Source: the human T2T-CHM13v2.0 reference genome, Homo sapiens. Taken from it: a DNA stretch of 64,000 nt. Shown here piece by piece: positions 53,700 through 64,000 of the stretch. Position 1 is the first letter of the stretch. Every line of letters begins with the position of its first letter. The notes below the pieces were generated by a model. The model had not been told where the DNA came from and did no database searches. It saw only the letters and a program-made list of their open reading frames with translations. The stretch lies in NCBI RefSeq assembly GCF_009914755.1, contig NC_060944.1; one strand, given 5' to 3'. The position numbers and the translations under genes are program-made.

Positions 53700-56518
53700 G
53701 TATTGTGTTTTGAATATTTTTATATGTTGGGTAATTTGAGTTTATAAAATACCTACTTTTCCTGAAGTCTTTGCTCATATATAAAATGCTAACAGCTTAT
53801 ACATATTTAGCATTTGTTTTGATTACTTTATAATTTTTTTAACAGTTTAATATGTAGAATTTAATCTATTTTCACACCATGTGAACTGATGATTTAAAAA
53901 AGGCTTTGGGAAGATCGTTTACTAGTCTTGGGAAAGTGTCTTAACTTTGGAAGCAGTAAAGGTTGAACACTTTCTTCAAGGAAGCCAGAATGTTTTGAGA
54001 ATTAATGTCTGTAGCTTCCTGATTTCTGAGAAGTGAGTCGTGCACTTCCTCAGGTAGACAGTATAGAAGGCCAGCATGTCTGTGAAGGCCCTAAATGAGA
54101 AGGACTGTAGCCACGGCAACTGTGGGAGGGTCTTCCTTGTCACTCCTGTCTGGAATGAGATGACACCCAGTGGATGCACCTGGAGCTATTGTCACCTGGG
54201 CCCAGTTCTGCATCTCCTAGCTGGGGGTGCCTTTGGCCTTTTTATTAGCTACTAGCATCTTGCCCAGAAGGTGGAGAGAATATATATTCAAAGCACTTTA
54301 TTTTAGTAGCCGGAGTAAAAGGGTTGAGAAAAAATGAGATTAAAACTGTTGTTAATGTTTGTGTCTATTGTCTGTTTCAGCATTGAAGGGGTAAGAATAT
54401 TTTTCCTGAGTATAGACCTTTTAAGTAGAGTGATGGAGAGGTGAGGGTTGTTCTTGTTTGTTTTCATTTAGAAGTATGAATAGTAAAGTAGGATTAGGAG
54501 GATCACTGTCCTTAAAACCAGTGGGGTCCTAACTAGTAGATTCAGATCTACCTATATATTCTAAAAACCTTAACTAGTTGATAATGACAACAGACTGAGC
54601 ACAGCCTAAATAGCCTTCATTGGGAACTGGTTAAATATATTGTGTAGCATCTCTGACCCTCTGTAACAGGTAAATAGTGAGGCCCATCCATGAGAGCTGC
54701 AGTGGAATAAGCCCCAGACACATGGCGGAGTGGAAAGACCCAGATGCAGAGCAGCATGGATAATATGATTCCTGCTCCTTTTTTTTTTTTTTTTTTTTTT
54801 TTTTCAGGAAAAATAACTCATATTTATGCTTGTGTGTGCTTAAAAAATTCCTGAAAAGATACACAAGAAACTGTTAACAGTGGATACACCCCAAGAAACA
54901 TCTGGGATAGAAAACTTCCTTTCTATTGCAAACCCTTTTCTTAGGGTGGATATATATTTTTAAACCATGTGCATGTATACTTTGCCACCAAAAACAATTA
55001 GTTAAAAAAAAAAAACACCACTCAACGGGTAGCTGACTGAGCCAGGTGTCATGGTCATGCCTGTGTGGGGGTTTCCTTTCCCATTCAGGAACCTCACTGC
55101 CAGCTCCCCGCCTGGGCACGGGGCCCTGGAGAGGGCTTGGGGGCTTGGAGAGCAGGCGTTCTGAGTTAAAATAGATGTTGCTACTGGCTGAACAGTTTGA
55201 AGATATGGAGCTTATGACCTCAAAAGGAAGTGTATAGGATGCGAGGGAGGGTAACAAATTATGGAACCACTTAGGTTGAAGAACCATTTGAATAATGTTC
55301 CAAGGAGGGGCACATAAGTGGTCATAATTACTTCGGGGTCTGCTGTCTGAACCGATTTCCAGTCTTTCCTACTTCCTTTTTCAGGCAGCAAGTTCCAGAA
55401 ACTGGCTACTCACTGCATGAACTTGGCAGGCCCTTTTGCTTTTCTTATGTTTCACCTCTAAGGGCTTAAAAGGGAGTCTTCACGCTCTGTGATCAGAGGC
55501 CCTGCGTAGAGAGCACTATCTCCTCCACGCGCACCCCAGTGCTATTAGAAATGCAGGTTGCTGCCTCATCGTGGGTGCCCACGGCCACCTCATTTCCTTG
55601 TGCGTTTCACTTGCCTCTTTTGCTCTTTTGTGCAGTGCCGTTATCTTTTTCATGAAGTGTGGCTTCCACAATTGTCTGTGACGTACATTTTATTTACCTC
55701 GTGCATTCATTCCACTCGTTTCTTGTCGGATCACTCAGCTGGTTGTGATTGTGCGTTCAGGACTCTGAAGTGCCAGGTACTGGCCTAGGAGCAGGGGGTG
55801 TGGTTGGGGACAGTGTCCAGAGGCTTCTTTGAAGCTGAAGCAGGGCCTCACATTGGCATCTCTGGAAATAGTGAACACCCAGCTCCAGAGTGGATTAGAT
55901 GTTAGCCACCCCTTTATAGGGGAGGCCTGAGCAAATGTCCCTGAGTGAATATCACTTGCATCTCCCAGAGTAAAGGCATCTGACGGCCTCACTTCAGAGG
56001 CTTCCTGCAGTCTGTCCATGTTTGATTGTCATTCTCCTCCTCTAGCCTGAGTACCCTGGAGATGTCACTTTTCCTTCTCAGAAAACACTAAGTAAGGTGT
56101 TCCCTGAGGAGGACCCGAGCCCACCATTGGTTCTCTTACCCAGGGAAGTGTCTGGCCCTCTCCTTTGTTCTCTGTCTTTAATCTACTTCCTGTCTTATGA
56201 CAAAGAAATCTCTGGGAGTTTTTAAACTCAAGAATTATTTTAAAAGTCACAAGATAACAAATGTCAAGCCCCCAAACCACACTGCCTGGAGGACTGCACA
56301 TCTGGGAGTGCCTGGGCCGGGCCCCAGTGTCCATGTTGGTGAAATAGGGAGCGGCGCTCCTCTGAAGGATTGTTCTTGGGACTGGCATGGGCCAGGTCAG
56401 TAGCAGTGCTCAGTACAGTGCTCACAGAAGGCAGGGAGGGACGGATTGCTCCCCTCCTTTTTCTTCCCCTCAGAGTATGTATGTTAGTTGAGAAAAAAGG
56501 AAAATCAGTGAAACTTAA

Positions 56519-56888
<370 letters not shown>

Positions 56889-57734
56889 CCTATGCCATTT
56901 TAAAAGTATTTATTTTGACCATTTACTAATTTCATAATTAGAAAAGGTAAGCATTATTTTAAAATTATTACGGGTTTAGAAAAATGTAGTGCTGACATCA
57001 CTTTTTTCTTTTATCCACATGCTTATTCACTTCTCCAACAACTCGGATTTCTTAAGCCTAATTGTCTATTAGCGAAGTAGTCTGACTTCATCATACAGGC
57101 TCCCAGAGTTTCACGTGGAAGTGTGAGTTGCCAGTCTGTTGATTTTCAGTGTCCCTTCTGGGCTTTCCAAGTGTTCATTGCCATAGACAGTCCAGAATTA
57201 TCGGTATTGTTCTCATTACCAATGCGTTACGGCTAAACTTAGTTGATTTTTTTAGATGGGGAGGAGGTGTAGCTGACTTTTCCAATCTCCACAGAGGCTT
57301 TGCTATTTCTGTAATCTTAGTCTACACTAAATCAGCCTTCAGGGAAAGGCAGGGTTTTTAAGAGTAGGAGGGCCATAGATTTGGAACAGCAAGATTTATA
57401 AGAGAGAATGTGTATGTTCTTTCCATAGATGGAGAACTTGTCCATACTGGCTGGTACTCTTTAAATGGACAAATGTCAACATTTGAAGTGGATCAAAGGC
57501 AAAAGATACCTTTAGTGAGACTGGCAGGAAAGCCATTGGGTGTGCTGTTTTGAACATCTGTTGGATTTTTTCTGCATTTCTCTCAGGAAGGATGGCTCTA
57601 GGTTAGGGTAGCGGACCCCAGTAGTTCTTGGAGAGAGGAACTACATATCAAAGAGGCAAGAATTCTTAATTCTCTTAAGTACAATTTTTATTTAAAAAAT
57701 ATGGATTTTTTTTTTTTTACTTCAGAAGCACAAA

Positions 57735-58042
<308 letters not shown>

Positions 58043-59509
58043 GCACAAACCAACATCATATATTTGGAGGGGGCACCATGTTGAAATTCAGTAAGGGTAA
58101 GGAGAGAGAATTAGAAACCTGGCCATTTTTTAAGATCTGTATGAAATAGGATGGCAGCTTGAAAATTGATACATATGCTGGATCTTCAACAATAAGAAGA
58201 CATGTTTTTAAATGGAAAGTGAGGTTTCTGAAATTAAAAGGGTGCTTATGTTGCACATAAAATTTGTTTATGTCCATATTTGTTCCCATTTCAAATAGTT
58301 GACGCTTATCTTCAACAATTGTTTTCCCTTCCCAAAACATACTGTCTTGTTTTTTAATAGTACATACTGTGATACACATTACAAATCCATACTGCTAAAA
58401 GAAATGACACATTTCTTCTCAATAGGGTGGTGTTTCTTTATTATAATGAACTATAGCTATAGACTGTATCATAAAAGAGACAAATTATTCGCTATTTAAA
58501 GTTTTCATTCCCAAAGAATCAGCTGTTCTATCTTACTGGCAAAACTCTGATACAATGTGTGGGAAAGCTAGTACCAGCTGAGCAGGCTGGCATCCATGCT
58601 GTTCATGTAGGAATCTCTAATTAGCAAGCTTCCTTAGGACCCTTAACAAAGAGTGTGTTCTCCCCACTTTTGATTTACATCTAATTTGAGGGGAACACAT
58701 GCATAAAATCAAGTACTGCTTCAAAGAGTTGTATTCACTTCAACCGACTTTTCATATGTGGTTTATAATTTGTTGTTTTGGATAAAATGATACTAATCCC
58801 AATGCAGGTAAATTTAGATAGATACCATCTCTCTGTCTTCTTTAGTTTAATGTGTATTTGTAAACAGTAAAAACAGTACAAAATAAGATCATGAGCTTAA
58901 AAACTCTAAAATCACTATAAATAATTACTGATTGAAATGTGTAATAATAAAATATAGTGGATTCGATAATAAACTGGTGTAGTGGAAATTCTAGGACCCA
59001 TGAAGAGGTCCTTTAGCAATTTTAGATTTTACTTTGTATAAACAGCTGGAGTTCAAGTTCTGTTCCAGTCCAGCAATACTGTAGACAGCACCTGATGTAT
59101 GGCTGGCAGGTGCTGCGAGCTGGGCCTGTGGTTTGTCCCCCTGCTTTTTAGTCAGTGTGTCCTCCACAGAGTTGTGTACCTCTTGGTGACTTTGGAGCAG
59201 GAGTGTTGAGGAATAAACAAGTCTGCCTCTGAGTGCTTGGCACAGGCCCTCTCTGTGCCTGCTCTGTAGAGGGTGAGGTCTGCGCCTCTCTGTCCACGGA
59301 TGGTCAGTAAGAGAGGATGATCTTTACTGACACTAACGTCACTCACTGGCGGCCTGTCCTATAGTGCCTGGTGTAGTTGGTGGGAAATGAATCAAACTAC
59401 TGTGTTTTGTTGTTTTAATCTGATGGCTTGTCTTGATTCATTTTCTTAGCAAATTGCAGTTATAGTTTATGGGCCTGTGGAGTGATTGGCACCTTTGAGG
59501 GTGGAAGGG

Positions 59510-59665
59510 GTTTCTGGAGTCAGCCGACCCAGGTTTCAGTCTGTCACATAATGGCTCTGTGACCTTGGGCAAGCGACTTAACTTTTCTGAGTTTCAATTT
59601 CCATATTTATAGGTTAGAATAATAGTTTCTAACTCACCTAGTTTTTATGAGGATTAAAATAATGT
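59510..59665 (+). mobile_element. MIR SINE
   Basis: ctggagtcag…ctgtgaccttgggcaagcgacttaacttttctgagtttca. Confidence 0.8.
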
Positions 59666-60459
59666 CAAGAATGTAAAATTCCTATTGATGAACTCTTGAA
59701 ACCAAACAGAAGGTAGTGGTGGTGGAGAATTACCACTTCACGGCCCGGGAGCCCCAGACAGTGCGGGTTTGGATGACACACCATTTGTTTAAGAAATGAC
59801 ACTGGCCCTGCAGCATCCGTGCCACGCTTGAGCACCGTTGGGCTTAATCACGGCTCCTGGACGTGCTGGGATTAGTGAATGGGGCCTAGTCCTTCCAGCG
59901 TGGTCATTGCCTAAGATGCGTTCCCTGAGTGGACACGTGCCCCAGAGCACACAGAAAGCCTGAAGCAGATGGTGGCAGAACCACTCCAGGGCATGCAGGG
60001 AGGTTGATGGTGAAGATACCAATTTGCTTTTAAGAATTTTACTGTGAACTCTTTAGGATTTAGGGCCTATTACTTGAAGTGGTCTTTTATTCTAAGTTTT
60101 TCTTTATATGATATTTTTCCCCCTTCATCTGTGGATTTTAAAATTTTGTCTTGTTCCTTTATTATTAGAAAAGCAAATAAGTATTTAATGAATGAAAAAA
60201 TAAATTTAGTTAAATGCAAGGAAGAGGGAAGAAAAGCAATATGAATTTTTCACCCAACTCTACAGTGTGATTTAGAAAATTTCCAAAGTATTATCTATAA
60301 AGGGCTTTTATAGATTATTTTCCATTATATTTTGATCATCATTTGGATCTTTTGAAACTGGCATTTAAAAATTCTGAGCTCTGGAGGGCACCTCAAAATC
60401 TTTTCAACCCATTCACTGCCTGCAGGCAAGAAAACAGCTTAACCGTGCCAAACCCATGA

Positions 60460-60841
<382 letters not shown>

Positions 60842-61389
60842 TAAAATAAACAGGAACCATCGATACCATTTCAAAATAAGGGGAAATGTTCCCTGTGGAC
60901 ATTTAACTGAAGAAAAGAAATGACAGTGTAAGATTGCATTGAGATCTTAAGGATTGCTTTTGCCAAATGGTAGATAATTTGCTAGCGGTTTTAGGCAGTT
61001 GTTTCACACATCTTAACACATGGTTAATGATTGTGTGACTGAGATAACTGGATCAGCCCTATTTCCAAAATAAGCTAAGTGTATTTAAGTAAACCTTGCT
61101 ACTATTGAGCATTTTGTAGTTGTTTCATTTACTGCCTAGTTTTTTTTTTCACTTGCAACTGATCACAAGAATCATTGAGGTTCATGCCGTTCTATCACAG
61201 TACTAGTAGTAAGAGGTCTTTATTTTAAGGATCTTTTGTTGACTTTTTCATTACATTTCTATAGCCAGATCAAGTCAAATTTACGTTCTGAAGTATGTCC
61301 AAGGAAATTAAGAGCTGGTGCATGAAAAGATAGGAAAACAATCCAAATCCTAGCAGTTATCAAAAGCAAGTTTATAATACAGGCAAGTG

Positions 61390-61492
61390 CATTCACTCCT
61401 TTCTATATATTTTCAGGGAGCAACATTTAAGAGAGAGTAAACATTCACTCCTTTCTGTATCTTTTCAGGGAGTAACATTTAAGAGAGAGTAA
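61390..61492. repeat. Tandem duplication of a ~52-bp unit just upstream of exon 3
   Basis: cattcactcctttctRtatMttttcagggagYaacatttaagagagagtaa at 61390 and 61442. Confidence 0.9.
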
Positions 61493-61553
61493 GAGTATTT
61501 GTATCTAAATTGGATTAGAATAATTTTTTTCATGTCCCTTTACTTTCCTGTAG

Positions 61554-61661
61554 CTTGCTGATGACCGTATGGCACTGGTGTCAGGCATCAGCTTAGATCC
61601 AGAAGCAGCGATTGGTGTGACAAAACGGCCACCTCCTAAGTGGGTGGATGGAGTGGATGAA
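61554..61661 (+). CDS. STX16: STX16 exon 3 ([36 protein letters not shown])
   Basis: tttcctgtag|CTT...GAA|gtaagt; 108 nt, phase 0/0. Contains the syntaxin-16 PPxWVD motif. Confidence 0.97.
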
Positions 61662-62050
61662 GTAAGTTCCATGTTAGTTTCATAGCATCTTGTTTTTTTA
61701 AGTAATTATGACAATGTATTTTAAGATATCTGTCATATAAACGAATTTGGCTACACTTGAATGTATATTTCTAGAAATACTTTAGCTTTAGGTTAAGTTG
61801 TCTATGTGTGTGTTAATGATTTTAGCTGTAGTTTTAACATTGGTAGTAACTACCTGAATTATAGGAAGAAATTGAAACCCCATGCAACAAGGAAGAATGT
61901 GATTTTCTGGTAATTTGAATTAAAAGCTGCTCACACATCAGCAAGCCAACAAGTTTGCTGAAGACCGAATTCTGTATGCTGAGTGTAGCTGATGGAGGCA
62001 GACCATAGCCTGCCTGGCATCAGTGGAGTTCTGTGACTTCATTTGCTTAG

Positions 62051-62191
62051 ATTCAGTATGATGTTGGCCGGATTAAGCAGAAGATGAAAGAATTGGCCAG
62101 CCTTCATGACAAGCATTTAAACAGACCCACCCTGGATGACAGCAGCGAAGAGGAACATGCCATTGAGATAACTACCCAAGAGATCACTCAG
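62051..62191 (+). CDS. STX16: STX16 exon 4 ([47 protein letters not shown]), Habc region
   Basis: ttgcttag|ATT...CAG|gtgagg; 141 nt, phase 0/0. Overlaps supplied ORF 62084..62299. Confidence 0.97.
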
Positions 62192-62699
62192 GTGAGGAGT
62201 GCAAGTGAGTCCTGGGGAAACCAGCGAGCCTTCTCATGGCAATCTCAGAAACTAGAGTGTTACTCAGAATCAGTCTCCTGGAGTCATTTCCCAACCTGAA
62301 GTTCTCAGAGGGACCTCAAGAGGCCCTGAAGTCCTCCAGCTGTCAGCGTAGGTACCTGTGAGGCCTTGGAGGTATGGGGACTGTTTTTCAATTGTTGGCA
62401 GATAACTGCTGTGGACGGATTAAGTAAATATGAAATTTCAAACATTATCGAGTTCAATCATTTGATTTTAAAATGTATAACTAATATCGTATACTAGTGT
62501 TAAGAAATTTCAATGCTAAATTATAGTCCTCATAATTGAAAAAACAACTTAGTATCCTAGAAAAAATTTTTTATAAATATTAAATTTGATTAATTTTAAA
62601 ATAATAGGACTAGTGTTGAAACCTCAGTGTTTACATTTTTTACTGAAGTCTCCTGGGTGCTAATTATCAGAGGAGTGTGGTGCTTTGAGAAAAGCCCTG

Positions 62700-62860
62700 G
62701 GGGGTTGGAATGTTGGAACCCTGGCTCTTAGCAGTTTAACAGTTACACGATTCTCATTTAATCCCTCTGACTCTAGTGTTCTCATCTGTAAAATGGGACT
62801 AATAATCATAGTACCATCCTCATAGGATGCTTGTTAGGGATTAAATGAGAGGAATGCAAT
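62700..62860 (+). mobile_element. MIR SINE
   Basis: ctcatctgtaaaatgggactaataat…cctcataggatg…gattaaatgaga. Confidence 0.8.
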
Positions 62861-62882
62861 AATAATATGATATATGATAATA

Positions 62883-63111
62883 CAGGTTGAACATTCCTAA
62901 TCTGAAATCCAAAATGCTCCAAAATTTGAAACTTTCTTTTGAGTGCCAATATGACACTCAAAGGAATGCTCATTGGAGCATTTTGGATTTCGAATTTTCA
63001 GATTGGGGTACTCAACTAGTAGGTATTCTGCAAATATTCCAAAATCTCCCGAAATTTGAAATCCTAAACATTGCCAATCCCAAGCATTTCGGATGAGGGA
63101 TACTCAGCCTG
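62883..63111. mobile_element. Tigger4/MER46-like TcMar DNA transposon in the intron before exon 5
   Basis: Terminal inverted ends caggttgaacattcctaatc / gatgagggatactcagcctg; internal aaaatgctccaa…ttggagcatttt palindromic arms. Confidence 0.8.
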
Positions 63112-63354
63112 TCTAACGTGATGATATGTGAGCAGCTGGGCACACAGCAGGCCCTACATAGCAGGAGCTGAAATCTAGTGAAATCTTTCTGTGTATATAA
63201 ATGAAGCCACAGATTCCTTTTATCTGTTCACCTTTCTCTAAACCAGACTGAGTGAACAGAGCCTCTCACTTCTCACTCTGGCTTGTGATGTGGCAGTGTT
63301 AGCAGAGGGGCTTCTCTCCCAGGCTTGCCCTGAGCCTCGGGCTTGTTCTCTTAG

Positions 63355-63517
63355 CTCTTCCACAGGTGCCAGCGTGCCGTGCAGGCCCTGCCGAGCCGGG
63401 CCCGGGCCTGCTCCGAGCAGGAGGGGCGGCTGCTTGGGAACGTGGTGGCCTCGCTGGCGCAGGCCCTGCAGGAACTCTCCACCAGCTTCCGGCACGCACA
63501 GTCAGGCTACCTCAAAC
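63355..63517 (+). CDS. STX16: STX16 exon 5 ([54 protein letters not shown] + 1 nt); 'exon 4' in older numbering
   Basis: ttctcttag|CTC...AAA C|gtgagt; 163 nt, phase 0/1; locally CpG-rich. The gene continues past the window end. Confidence 0.97.
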
Positions 63518-63902
63518 GTGAGTGCTGCCCGGGCCTAGTGAAGGGATTTTGAGTAAGAAAAGCACTTTATGTTTTCTTTTTTGCCACTATTTTTTCATTT
63601 AGTCCAGTACCTTTCATTGTTAGCTTTTGAACATGCTCATACCTTGTACAGTAAAGGGAAGCCTCCTCCCCATGTGAAACCCTGGCTTGGAATGAAGGCA
63701 CAGCGTGGGGTACCGACCAAGGCTGGGGGAGGGCACCAAGATAGTTCAGCATCTCAGCAAACAAAATTTGTTTTGTGTCAAGCTGCAAGAATTTGAAAAT
63801 CAACCAAGCACATTTTAAAAACCTGTTGTTTTCTGGATGTTGGGGTTTGGGAGAGCTGCTCTTCAATAGGTAAAAAGCAGTTGTTATTACTGAAAGCCAC
63901 AT

Positions 63903-63917
63903 ATTTGCATAACAACC
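63903..63917 (-). promoter_or_regulatory. OCT4-SOX2 composite element in the intron after exon 5 (probable core of the STX16-ICR enhancer)
   Basis: Plus strand ATTTGCATAACAACC reads GGTTGTTATGCAAAT on the minus strand: a perfect octamer abutting TTGT, 13/15 to CATTGTTATGCAAAT. Confidence 0.75.
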
Positions 63918-64000
63918 AAAGTGTTTGAGAGCACCTGAGAAAACCTCCCCAGGGTCCTTGAAACACTTCCTCTGCTGGCACCACAGGTTTCACCCAGCAG

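Overview
Primate (almost certainly human) genomic DNA from the STX16 locus, on 20q13.32 upstream of GNAS. The first ~43 kb is intergenic or lncRNA territory rich in old repeats (MIR, L2, L1M, MaLR/ERVL LTRs, DNA transposons, Alus), and includes two GC-rich minisatellites and long TG and GA tracts. A CpG island (~43.5-46.5 kb) holds the STX16 promoter. The first five coding exons of syntaxin-16 follow on the + strand: 46071-46202, a 12-nt microexon at 53688-53699, 61554-61661, 62051-62191 and 63355-63517. The gene continues beyond the window. Apart from the STX16 exon fragments, the supplied ORFs appear to be spurious. The most notable signals are: an OCT4-SOX2 composite motif just after exon 5, matching the known long-range GNAS imprinting enhancer (STX16-ICR); a nested inverted repeat with exactly matched T17/A17 arms in the promoter island; a ~710-nt ATG-free 5' leader with one uORF; motif-bearing VNTRs; an AP-1 cluster; and several candidate cryptic exons. 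I found no convincing novel protein-coding system. Repeat family names and lncRNA names come from recalled consensus sequences and locus organisation, not from a database search, and repeat boundaries are approximate.
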